NCBI RefSeq assembly: GCF_006345805.1
Contig: NW_021824839.1
Location: 27,219-91,218, forward strand
DNA: 64,000 bases
Direction: 5' to 3'
Source: Octopus sinensis
Taxonomy: Eukaryota
Shown: positions 13,032 to 25,234 of the stretch, one piece after another
How positions within the stretch are numbered: position 1 is the stretch's first letter
How the letters are laid out: every line of letters begins with the position of its first letter
Program-made: the position numbers and the translations under genes
The notes under the pieces: model-generated
Databases searched by the model: none
Told to the model about the DNA's origin: nothing
What the model saw: only the letters and a program-made list of their open reading frames with translations

Positions 13032-13666
13032 TATTTCTTTACTGGCCACAATGGGCTACACAGAGAGGAGACAAACAAAGAAAAGACAAACGGATTAAGT
13101 CGATTATATCGACCCCAGTGCGTAACTGGTACTTATTTAATCAACCCCGAAAGGACAAAAGGCAAAGTCGACCTCGGCGGAATTTGAACTCAGAACGCAG
13201 CGGCAGACGAAATACGGCTAAGCATTTCGCCCGGCGTGCTAACGTTTCTTATTTCTTTATTGCCCACAAGGGGCTAAACATAGAGGGGACAAACAAGGAC
13301 AGACAAAGGAATTAAGTCGATTACATCGACCCCAGCGCGTAACTGATACTTAATTTATTGACCCTGAAATGATGAAAGGCAAAGTCGACCTCGGCAGAAT
13401 TTGAACTCAGAACGTAACGGCAGACGAAATACCTATTTCTTTACTACCCATAAGGGGCTAAACACAGAGAGGACAGATAAGGACAGACAAACGGATTAAG
13501 TCGATTATATAAACCCCCAGTGCGTAACTGGTCCTTAATTTATCGACGCCGAAAGGATGAAAGGCAAAGTCGACCTCGGCGGAATTTGAACTCAGAACGT
13601 AACAGCAGGCGAAATACCGCAAAGCATTTCGCCCGGCGTGCTAACGTTTCTGCCAGCTCGCCGCTT
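13032..13666 (-). mobile_element. SINE-1 trimer bounded by one 16-bp TSD
   Basis: TCAAGCTGTCATTTCT (13016-13031) and TCAAGCTGTTATTTCT (13667-13682); internal junctions at 13249/13250 and 13432/13433. Confidence 0.9.
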
Positions 13667-13804
13667 TCAAGCTGTTATTTCTGTTAGAGCAAAAGACCAC
13701 ATAAAGAAAGAATTTGCAGGTTTTTTTCTCTCATTTTTCGGAACGCACACGATCAAACAAAATATTGGTTCATAAAGTGCAAAATAAATAAAAAAAGATA
13801 AAAA

Positions 13805-14160
13805 AGAATATCTCTTTTACTCTTTTATTTGTTTCAGACGTTTGACTGCGGCCATACTGGAACACCGCCTTTAGTGGAACTTATTCTTTGTTAGCCTAGT
13901 GGGATTGAACCCGAAATATAGAAAAACAGACTTTTATTTCTTTTATTTGTTTCTGTCATTCGACTGTGGCCATGCTGGAACACCGCTTTCAAAAGTTTAG
14001 TCGATTAATTAAACGATCTCAGTATATGTTCCTTTAAAATCTGGTACTCATTCGATAGGTCACTTTTACTGGATCTCTAAGTTACGGGGATGTAAACAAG
14101 CCAACACCGGTTGTCAAGCATTGGCGGTTGGAGCATAAACACAAACGCAAAGACACATGC
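13805..14160 (-). mobile_element. Deleted or decayed SINE-2 fragments
   Basis: TTTGACTGCGGCCAT..GGAACACCGCC tail modules twice. Confidence 0.7.
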
Positions 14161-14365
14161 ACATTATTACACATGCATACATAAATACATGTACACATAA
14201 ATTAGTGTGTGTGTGTGTGAAGGTGCGTGACCCAGTGGTCTGTTCACCTAGCCAGCGGGGTGGCGTCACTCGAAGGCTATAACGATACAAAGTACATTGT
14301 CACCAGCGATGTGTAACAACATCTGATAGTCTGGTCGATCACTTAATCAGGTGATATATATGTGA

Positions 14366-14396
<31 letters not shown>

Positions 14397-14419
14397 ATAA
14401 TAATAATAATAATAAAATA

Positions 14420-14475
<56 letters not shown>

Positions 14476-15052
14476 ATATAATATATATACATACACACAC
14501 CCACAACACATATATATATATAACAAGCTTCCACACAGTTTCCGTCCACCAAATTCACTCACGAGCCATTAAATTAACTCGAAACTTATATTATACATTG
14601 GAGAGATTTTCATACCCCTCAAAGTTTCATGGACGGGAAAACACGACCATTCTTTTTTTTCGGATATTCTGAAGCAAAGTGAAAGAGCAAAAAAAAAAAA
14701 ATCAAAATGGCTTCTTTATTACAGAAATAACTTAACCTCGATTGGTCAATTCGGGCCACTCTGTTGTAGTGATTGATAACTCAGCGACATCAGATATAGC
14801 ACTCCACGTGGAATTATTAATGCGTAAAGAAGTCTCCGTGAGTGAGCTTTATGAAATCTAATAATATATATTTTTTTAAGGTTGATCCTGTGGCGTGTTA
14901 CTCTGGATCTTCTTCCTACGTTTGTTAAGAGCGATCCGACGCAAACGCAGCTTTGAATAAATGTTAGTTTACTCTAATTTCAGTACTGAGTGCTACTTTT
15001 GCGCTACATTTCAAATCATCAGTGCCGTGAACCCATAATCACCTCTTCTTTC

Positions 15053-15054
<2 letters not shown>

Positions 15055-15135
<81 letters not shown>

Positions 15136-15344
15136 GGTCTTTCCCACTTATTCATACATACATACATAGATACATAGATACATACATACATACATACATA
15201 AATACATACATACATACATATATACATACATACATACATACATACATACTTACATACACACACTCATAAATACGTGTTCGTATGTATGTGTGCATGTATG
15301 TACGTATATACACAAACATACATACATACATAATACATACATAC

Positions 15345-15385
<41 letters not shown>

Positions 15386-16045
15386 CACATATATATATGC
15401 ACGCGTGTATTTGTATGTATACACACACACACATACACACATCTATGTGTGAGTGTGTGTGTGTGTATGTGTGAAATAATTGAACGAGTGTGACCGGTCA
15501 CACTCAGCCACGTGACTATCGCGTTAATATTGTCCAACTAAGATATCACGGTAAATTGACATCCGTTGATGGAAGGAGTTGGAGAAAGTAGATCAGGGAA
15601 GATATGGGAAGGGGAAAAAACCAACAGAGAATTTAAAGAAGAATGTAAGTGGGGGGGCGATTAAAACCGGTCATGTATGTTTTAATATAACAATGACATT
15701 TTGATATCCCACAGCGTAATAAGATGTGGACAAGATGGCGAGTAAACACCAAACTTTAGCCTATTGTCCACCACAATGGCGGCTATTGTGATTGTAGAGG
15801 TGTATCGGTGGTTATATTAGTGATGGGGGTCGTGGTGGTGGCAGTGGTAATTGTGGTGATAGAGGTGTTGATGGCGGTGCCTGTACAGGCAGTGGTGGTG
15901 ATGGTGGCGGCGGCGGTGGTGGTGGTGGTGGTGGTGGTGGTGGTGGTGGTGGTGGTGGTGGTGGTGGTGATGGTGTGGTAGTGGTGGTGGTGGTGGCGGT
16001 GGTGGCGGCGGTGGTGGTGGTGGCGGTGGTGGTGGTGGTGGTGAT
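15055..16045. repeat. (CT)n, (CATA)n, (TA)n and (GGT)n simple repeats
   Basis: Direct reading; GGT tract 15830-16045. Confidence 0.9.
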
Positions 16046-16232
16046 GCACTTAAAAATTGGAAATACGGAGTTTGCGATCACAGTGGATGTGTTGAATGAA
16101 TGCAGATCTGATGTCTGTCGTTAATGATGTTTAACCCCAGGTGAGCCCTGACTGAGCAGACTTACGATGAATGACATTCCAGTCGTGACATCTCATTGTT
16201 TTCTTATAATTATTATTATTTGTTTGTTAGAC

Positions 16233-16580
16233 GGCGAGCTGGCAGAAACGTTAGCAAGCCGCTACGTTCTGAGTTCAAATTCCGCCGAGGTCGACTTTGC
16301 CTTTCATCCTTTTGGGGTCGATTAAATAAGTACCAGTTACGCTCTGGGGTCGATATAATCGACTTAATCCGTTTGTCTGTCCTTGTTTGTTCTCTCTGTG
16401 TTTAGCCCCATGTGGGTAGTAAAGAAATAGGTATTTCGTCTGCCGTTACGTTGTGAGTTCAAATTCCGCCGAGGTCGACTTTGCCTTTCATCCTTTCGAG
16501 GTCAATAAATTCCAGTGAAACACTTGGGACTATGTTATCGACTAGTCCCCTGCCCCCAAATGTCAGGCCTTGTACCTTGT
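16233..16580 (+). mobile_element. SINE-1 dimer (type-A junction; last unit with the alternative CCCCCAAA...GGCCTTG tail)
   Basis: GGGTAGTAAAGAAATAG|GTATTTCGTCTGCC at 16430/16431. Confidence 0.85.
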
Positions 16581-16901
16581 ACCTTTACACAAAGATGTAA
16601 GCCCAAGGACTTAACGAACTTTTTACCTTTTTCCCTTTTTATCCGTGTTCTTGTCCTTTTTCCTTTTTCCTTTTTCTCCTTTCTATATTCGTCCGATAAA
16701 CTCTAAATCATTCTGACGATGTTTGTTACATGGAACGAGATAAATGCAAATTTACCTCAAAAATAACAAACTGAAACAGCTGTAAATGTTATTTGAACTA
16801 CAATTAAACTAAGAACATTTAATACCAATGATCGACTTCTAATTGTTAATTGTTGTTCCATTTCTTTTCTCATATATATATATAGATACTACATACATAC
16901 A

Positions 16902-17003
<102 letters not shown>

Positions 17004-17006
17004 ATA

Positions 17007-17542
17007 CAGTATATTCGCATATTCGCGGTTCGGCATTCGCGGTTCCTGTTATTCGCGAACTAATAATTGTTCGCAGAAACCACCGCATATTCGCGGAAAC
17101 GTAAATATCGTTCGCGATTTTTCTATGGGAATTTTCGTGGCAATATATACTTTTTCACATTTTTTAAGGCTTAATTATCGATAAGAATATACTGCATTTC
17201 CAGAAACGGTTTAAAATAAAGTTTGTTTCCCTTCATGGAGAGACAGCATCAGCTGACAAGAAGCTTGAAACCTTCAGGTAGATCATTGAAGACAACGGAT
17301 ACAAGCCGGAACAGGTTTTCAGTATGGACGAGATTGGCTTGTTCTGGAAGAACGGACATCACGAAGGAAAAAGCTAGAGCCCTAGTATTTAGGGTACAAA
17401 TGGACAGAGTGATGCTAATTATGTGTGGCAAAGCTGCTGGCTTCAGGATTATTTACAAGTCCGTGAACCCTAAGGCATTCAAAATTAAGAAAAAAACCTT
17501 CTGCCTGTCCATTGGATGCACAAATCCAAGGCTTGGATTACA
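17007..17542 (+). mobile_element. pogo/Tigger-like transposon fossil (left end plus DDE transposase fragment)
   Basis: TA|CAGT start with ATTCGCGG subterminal repeats; decayed peptide IIEDNGYKPEQVFSMDEIGLFWK...DRVMLIMCGKAAG...[13 protein letters not shown] resembles the Tigger N-D-E-T-G-L-F-W-K and W-x-x-N-x-K-A-W-M-T motifs. Confidence 0.8.
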
Positions 17543-17578
17543 GACAGACAGACACACAAATAAATAGATGAGATAGAT

Positions 17579-17622
<44 letters not shown>

Positions 17623-17651
17623 GTAGGTAGGTAGGTAGATAGATAGATAGA

Positions 17652-17687
<36 letters not shown>

Positions 17688-17688
<1 letters not shown>

Positions 17689-20665
17689 GTTTTTCTTTCT
17701 TTATTAGCCACACAGGGCTGCACACAGATAGAACAATTACAAGTGAGCTTGAAGGTTTAAAAAAAAAAAAAAGGAAGGGGGAGTTTCGATCAAAGGGATC
17801 GTAAAAGGAGAGAAGAGGACAAAAAAGGGGGGTTAAAAAAAAGGGGGAGAGGAAAAAAAATTGGATCAATAGGGATCGTTATCACAGAAATGTCAATATG
17901 AAGTGTAAGGGGAGGACAGGTGAGGTTACTACCCGTGGAAAGAAAAGCCTACGGAAAAGACCACGGTACCTCGGTCAATGGAGTCACATGTTATATTTCT
18001 TTTTTTTTTTTTTTTGCGAATAAGCAACTCTCTGTTTTCAATTTCTGGGTTCATAGGATCATGCTCAGGGTGGCTTCGTCATTCATACGTGCCATTCTTG
18101 CTACATTCACCCATCTTTTTTTAAAACATTCGCTAGACAAACTTCCTTTCTCTACTCTCACGTTCCTTTTCAAGTGGTACTTGAAGAGTTGATGAGAGAT
18201 TGACCAGAGAGGAAAGTGTTTGTCTCCAATCCTTTCAGACGCGTCCACCAGATACATTCTTTCGCCATAGCCACCCAAGGATGATGAAAATAGCTCTTCC
18301 TTTCCCGTTTGAAGGAAGGAGGCGTGACAATATTGACGATAGACTCAGCTGATAAACCGACTCGTCCCACACGTGACAGCAGTTGTTCGACATAAGCCCA
18401 AGGTCGGAAATTGTTGGACACTGCACGAGTGCGTGCAGAACGGTTTTCGTCGCACTGACCGCATCTCGGCAGGTCGGCCCCGTGTTTTCTCGAGCCGTGT
18501 CTGTAGAGCTTATCCCGAACGGGTAGCGCTTCTCGGTAGCACTGCAGGCCGGGATCTCTGGAAGTTGTCCATGGGACCTGGCCCGAAAGTCGTCCTGAAC
18601 AGGCGGGTCAGGTACTCCTCGTCGACGTCCAGGTTCGCCCCGAGCTCGTCGTCGTACCTCCCCTCCACTAAACCCCTATAGAATGCTTTGGTTGTGTTGA
18701 AGTCACTCAAGGTCGACCCAGGACGGCAGAGTTGCTTGAGGGCAACGCGACACTCGCGGTGCCATTCGCCCTTCCCTCGGCCTCTTTTTGATCCACGACT
18801 GCAGTTCGCGTCATGGAGACGAGCTGCGGGAAAGCGTGCCTCACAAACGGCGACCACACCTGTTCACCGTCGTCTACATAGAGCCAGAGATGTCGCAGTC
18901 TCAGCGCGTGTCTGCGCATCATCAACCACGGCATGCCCAGCCCTCCTTTTAACGGGTGTTGACAGCAATGGATCGCCTGACCATCGGGACGCATCCTTTC
19001 CACAAGAAGCGAAAGAGAATGCGTTGTAGTTTGGTGATGGTAGGGTCGGGACAGGTACGACGGTCAGGCGGTAGGAGATGACGGACGCGATGTACGTGTT
19101 TCGCCACCTCCACCCCGACCTTTTAGGGACAGTTTCCTCTCGGCCCATTGCCGGGCGAGAGTGACCACCCTACTCGTTGTCTCGTTCCAGTTCTCTCTCC
19201 ACTTGGAGGTCCGGACCAACCCGACCCCGAGCAACTCAACCGGGCCGTCGGTCCAGCGTCCCACGACGGAGGCGCTGGTGGACGGCATGGGCTTGCTTCT
19301 TCCCAGGTGCCTAGTCGCAAGCCCACTGACTTTTCCCCGGTTGATTTTCGCTCCTGTCACCGCTTTCGTAGTTTTTTCAGTGTCTCGCCGACCTGCTCGA
19401 TGTGGCTAGACACTATGACGGTGACGTCGTCCCGCGTATGCAGACACGCTCGTCCCGCATCCCAGTTCTCGCGGGATGCCTCTCAAGGTTGCCAGCTTCC
19501 GCAATAATGCTCGAGAGTCAATACGTATAGAAGCGACGAGAGGGGGCATCCCTGACGGACCGAACGTGCGATGTCGAAGGGTCTCGATAGATGTCCATTC
19601 ACCGAATTACCGACGGATGCCTCTGTACAAAGCGGCTATCCAGCCGCGGAAGACGGACCGAAGCAGCCGCTCCGAGGACCACTTCCAAGTATCGATGGTC
19701 CCCCCTATCGAAAGCTTTCGATTGATCCAAATTGATCAGCGCCCCACCCATGCCATGTTCGTTAACTACCCTGTCTATGATGTAGCGCATCAGGTGGAGG
19801 TTGTCATGAATGGTCCGGCCTGGCACAGCGCATGTTTGCGCCTTGTCGACCAGTTTCTCGATGACAAGCGCCAACCTCTTGGCTAGCACTTTGGCCAATT
19901 TTCAAGTCTGCATTAAGCAGAGTGAATGGGCCTAAAGTTATCTATTACATTTCCCTTGTTTAGATCTTTCTTCAGCAGTGTTACGGCTCCTCGGCTCACA
20001 AAACCAGGAATGCTCCCGTTTTGCTGCCAGTTGCAGTACACCGCGCCCCAAGAGATCCCAAACAAGTCTGGCATACAATTGTAAAGCTCGTAGGGTAGAC
20101 CATCCAAACCCGGTGATTTGTCCCTCGAGCATTCTGCCATCGCTTCCTGCACTTCCGCCGCCGCCGTGATGGCACTTCGCAGCACCCTGCCTTTCTTGTC
20201 GAGAGTCGTGGTAGGCTATGTAGGTAGGCACTGAAGTCCACCCTACGTTTCTTGCCCTCCACTCGTTCCGAACAGTCGGGCAAAATGCTGCTGAAAGGCC
20301 TCACACATTTTACTTGGCTCGAGCAATTCGCGCCCCTGTTCATCTACCAGGGAGCGAATGGTGGCTTTGTTGCCCTGTTGCACCTCTGCCACCCGGGCCT
20401 CTCTCGCGGCTCCAACACCTTCGTTCCTTAGAGCACGCATCCTAGCTCTGACATCACATCCTTCGTGTTTGGCGTTGAAGTGTTGGTCGAGGGCCAACCT
20501 CGCCGCCAAAACGTCGGATGCGATGCCGCTTCTAATTGCCTCTTCTAGCTTCTTAACTAGCTCACCCTCTACTCTATTTCTATCTATGGCTAGTGCTTTG
20601 CTGTACCTAATCGCTTCTGCTTTTACTGCTCTCTTGAGGGCAAACCACCATTTGTTGTTGATGAT
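17688..20665 (-). mobile_element. 5'-truncated Tx1-clade (L1 group) non-LTR retrotransposon, copy 1
   Basis: ORF2 remnants plus about 360-bp 3' UTR ending AATAAAGAAAGAAAAA, followed by (TATC)n. Confidence 0.9.
18051..20660 (-). pseudogene. Frameshifted Tx1-type ORF2 (reverse transcriptase and C-terminal zinc knuckle)
   Basis: KSPGLDGLPYE, NFRPI, AQTCAVPGRTIHDN, LDQSKAFDR, VSAYA-DDVTV (+1 G, about 19426-19438), GAKINREKS, GGLGMP, C-x-RC..E-T-VLHALVQC; stop TGA at 18051-18053. Confidence 0.9.
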
Positions 20666-20693
20666 GGTAGATAGATAGGTATGTAGGTAGAAA

Positions 20694-20924
20694 GGCGGCG
20701 AGCTGGCAGAAACGTTAGCACGCCGGGCGAAATAATTATCGATATTTCGTCTGCCGCTACGTTCTGAGTTCAAATTCCGCCGAGGTCGACTTTACCTTTC
20801 ATTCTTTCGGGGTCGATAAATTAAGTACCAGTTACGTACTGGGGTCGATGTAATCGACTTAACCCGTTTGTCTGTCCTTGTTTGTCCCTTCTATGTTTAG
20901 CCCCTTGTGGGCAATAAAGAAATA
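20694..20924 (+). mobile_element. SINE-1 monomer, type-B tail
   Basis: GGCGGCGAGCTGGCAGAAACG head; CTATGTTTAGCCCCTTGTGGGCAATAAAGAAATA tail. Confidence 0.9.
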
Positions 20925-20933
20925 AGATGGATG

Positions 20934-20977
<44 letters not shown>

Positions 20978-21718
20978 GATAGATAGAGAGATAGATAGAT
21001 AGATAGATAGATATGCAAGCACTCGCACACGTGCATCACATGCCCTTATTCACACACACACACACACACCACACACACACACACACACACACGCACACAC
21101 ACTCACACACACACATACACACACGCACTAACATAGGCACAAGCACCCAGATACACACAAATTTACATAACTATCAACATCCACTCACACTAACCTTTGC
21201 ATATGCATACATCCGCGTACACACGCGAGCGTTTGCACGCGTCTCCCCGTGTGTTCCTAAGTATATTCCTGTATCCGAGAACGTTTCTGTCTGTGCGTTA
21301 TGGTTGGTGCTATATTTTCTTTAACTATGTGAATTGTATGATAATTCCAACGCCCTAAAACTGTACTTGCATTCTTTAAAGAAAGGACCTCGCCTATGTT
21401 TTTCCAACCTAATTTTATGGGAAATAGAGTGACATATTTTCCCTGTCCTAGGGAGAAAAAAAAAATCTGTTGTCTGTCTTAATTATTTTTATCCATAATT
21501 AATCACAAAATAAAGCTATTTATGTTTATTGTTTTATATATAATAATCAGTGCTGTGTCTGATGTGATTTTATCATGACACTTGATGTTAACACCTCTCA
21601 CCGAAATAATTTTATTATCTGTTCCACTTATATAATTAGACACACACGTGCATGCGCGCACACATAGACACACGAATACACACACACACACATACACACA
21701 TATATAAATGCATATATC

Positions 21719-21752
<34 letters not shown>

Positions 21753-21884
21753 ATGTATATATATATATACTTACACATTCTTATTTTACCAGGTTATCTC
21801 TCTCATATCACACGTGACACACACACATAACTATATACATATATATGTACATTTATATTTATATTATATATATATATATTATAT

Positions 21885-21915
<31 letters not shown>

Positions 21916-22170
21916 GTGCGTGTGTATGTGTGTATGTATACATGAATATATATACATATATATAGACATATATATATATATTGAGAGAGAGAGAGAGAAA
22001 AAGAGAGACATACACACACACACACACACCACACACACACACATATATATATATATATTACATAGACATAAATATATATATATATACATATATATATTTA
22101 TATACATACCTCTCTCTCTATATATACATATATATATACACACACACACACACGCGCACACACACACGCG

Positions 22171-22208
<38 letters not shown>

Positions 22209-22364
22209 ATCAAAAAAGAAACTGGAGATAACGGAATAACTAGAAATGTACGTATTTGTACACGTATGTGCCTGTGTGTCTGTGTGTCTGTGTGTGAATG
22301 TGTGCGGGTGTATCTAATTATATAAACAAAACAGATAATTAAATTACCTATCAAAATTCTATAT

Positions 22365-22678
22365 GTTTGTATGTATGTATGTATGTAATTATATATGTGC
22401 GTGCGTTTGTGGCGTGTGTGTGTGTGTGTGCGTGTGTGTATATGTGTGTGTATGTATGTATGTATGTATGTATGTATGTATGTATGTATGAATGTATGTA
22501 TGTATGTATGAATGTATGTATGAATGTATGTATGTATGTATGTATGTATGTATGTATGAATGTATGTATGTATGTATGAATGTATGTATGTATGTATGTA
22601 TGTATGTATGTATGTATGTATGTATGTATGTATGAATGTATGAATGTATGTATGTATGTATGTATGTATGAATGTATG

Positions 22679-22712
<34 letters not shown>

Positions 22713-23015
22713 TGTATGTATGAATGTATGAATGTATGTATGTATGTATGAATGTATGTATGTATGTACGTATGTATGTATGTATTTATGTATGTACGTA
22801 TGTATGTATGTATTTATGTATGTATGTATGTATGTATGTATTTATGTATGTACGTATGTATGTATGTATTTATGTATGTATGTATGTATGTATGTATGTA
22901 TTTATGTATGTATGTATGTATGTATGTATTTATGTATGTATGTATGAATGTATGTATGTATGTATGTATGTATTTATGTATGTATGTATGTATGTATTTA
23001 TGTATGTATGTATGT
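22365..23015. repeat. Long (TATG)n microsatellite
   Basis: About 650 bp with GAAT/TATT variants. Confidence 0.95.
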
Positions 23016-23185
23016 ATAATGATGAAGACTTGCACCGAGATATCCGGTTGCTTCTTCATAAGCTTTCTTTCTTGTTTTTGTTCGTTTTTTCTTCTTTTCT
23101 GTATCATCCTTAAGTGTGAGCCTTTGTTTTTTCACACGTAACTTCAGTTATACAATTCCATATCTGCAATATATATATATATATA

Positions 23186-23350
23186 CTTTATTTAAAAGCA
23201 GCAGAAATTCAACAAAACTGTCCGACGAACGGGAACGTGAAACTCCGAGTAACAGGTTTTTGTTGAATTTCTGCTGCTTTTAAATAAAGCATATTACCCT
23301 ACCCCTGGTATTTGAGTACTCTTTTTTCCACCTTGTTTCATATTTATGTG
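23186..23350 (+). mobile_element. TA-anchored hairpin element, Penelope-like pLTR remnant
   Basis: 33-bp inverted arms (23186-23218, 23256-23289) enclosing a hammerhead fold; flanked by (TA)n. Confidence 0.6.
23218..23255 (+). ncRNA. Type I hammerhead ribozyme motif (U4C in this copy)
   Basis: CUGU-CCGACGA-ACG(GGAA)CGU-GAAACUC(C)GAGU-A-ACAG: stems I, II and III all pair. Confidence 0.7.
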
Positions 23351-23478
23351 TTTACTCCGGTATATATATATATATATATATATTTATAAATATATCGATT
23401 CGTGTATGCGTGTATACATACATACTTGCGTACATAAATACATGTACATGTATGTATGTGTGTATGTATGTGTGTATG

Positions 23479-23512
<34 letters not shown>

Positions 23513-23611
23513 TGTATGTATGTATGTATCTATCTATCTATCTATCTATATCTATCTATCTATCTATTCATCTATCTATCCATCTATCAATCTATCTATC
23601 TATCTATCTAT

Positions 23612-24104
23612 CTGGTGGACGCGTCTGAAAGGATTGGAGACAAACACTTTCCTCTCTGGTCAATCTCTCATCAACTTCTTCAAGTACCACTTGAAAAGGA
23701 AAGTGAGAGTAGAGAGGCAAGTTTTGTCTAGCGAATGTTTTAAAAAAAGATGGGTGAATGTAGCAAGAATGGCACGTATGAATGACGAAGCCACCTTGAG
23801 CATAGTCCTATGAACCCAGAAATCGAAAACAGAGAGTTGCTTATTTGCAAAAAAAAAAAAAAAAAAGAAATATAAAATGTGACTTCATTGACCGAGGTTA
23901 CGTGGTCTTTCCGCAGGCTTTTCTTTCACGGGTAAACCTCACCTGTCCTCCCCTTTACACTTCATATTGACATTTCTGTGATAACGATCCCTATTGATCA
24001 TTTTTTTTTTTTCCTCCCCCCCCCTTTTTTTTTTTTTTTTTTAACCCCCCTTATTTTTGTCCCTTTCTCTCCTTTTACGATCCCTTTTGATCGAACCTCC
24101 CCTT

Positions 24105-24141
<37 letters not shown>

Positions 24142-24210
24142 CCTTCAAAAGAAAAGCTCTACCTTGTAATTTTTCTATCTGTGTGCAGCCCTGTGTGGCT
24201 AATAAAGAAA
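23612..24210 (+). mobile_element. Tx1-clade LINE 3' fragment, copy 2
   Basis: High-identity reverse complement of 17690-18253; encodes WWTRLKGLETNTFLSGQSLINFFKYHLKRK...LSIVL*; inside (TATC)n. Confidence 0.9.
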
Positions 24211-24212
24211 CA

Positions 24213-24260
<48 letters not shown>

Positions 24261-24349
24261 CATCTATCTATCTGTCTTTCTATCTATCCGTCCATCTATT
24301 CATCTATCTAGCCATCTATCCATCCATCCATCCATCCATCCATCCACCC

Positions 24350-24418
<69 letters not shown>

Positions 24419-24573
24419 CCTACCTATCTATCTATCTATCTATCCATCTATCCATCTATCTATCTATCTATCTATCTATCCATCTATCCATCTATCTATC
24501 TGTCTTTCTATCTATCCGTCCATCTATTCATCTATCTAGCCATCTATCCATCCATCCATCCATCCATCCACCC

Positions 24574-24636
<63 letters not shown>

Positions 24637-24717
24637 CATCTATCCATCTATCTATCTGTCTTTCTATCTATCCGTCCATCTATTCATCTATCCATCCATC
24701 CATCCATCCATCCACCC

Positions 24718-24780
<63 letters not shown>

Positions 24781-24861
24781 CATCTATCCATCTATCTATC
24801 TGTCTTTCTATCTATCCGTCCATCTATTCATCTATCCATCCATCCATCCACCCATCCACCC

Positions 24862-24933
<72 letters not shown>
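24213..24933. repeat. (TATC/CATC)n with higher-order repeat
   Basis: Marker TGTCTTTCTATCTATCCGTCCATCTATTCATC recurs four times. Confidence 0.9.
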
Positions 24934-24935
<2 letters not shown>

Positions 24936-25234
24936 GTCTTTCTCTTTCGCTCTCCCCCTCTCTTTATCTATATATATATATATGTATATACATACACACA
25001 CATATGCATAAACATGAATAAATATATATACATTAAACGTGTTTTTTTAAAGCATTTGTGTTTATGCATATATTGTTTATGCGTTCACACAATCAATTAA
25101 TGAAACTCTGAGATAGTTATTTGATAGAACGATACTCATAAAGTACAACAGTGTGTGTGCGTGTATAGATAAATACACACAGACACACATTGTTGTACTC
25201 AGTATATATATATATATACACACACACACACATA

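Noticed and set aside
14739-14837. RLVNSGHSVVVIDN, resembling NAD-dependent epimerases, before a GTGAGT donor
   Set aside because: In-frame TAA just upstream, no GxxGxxG motif, and no acceptor that keeps the frame open
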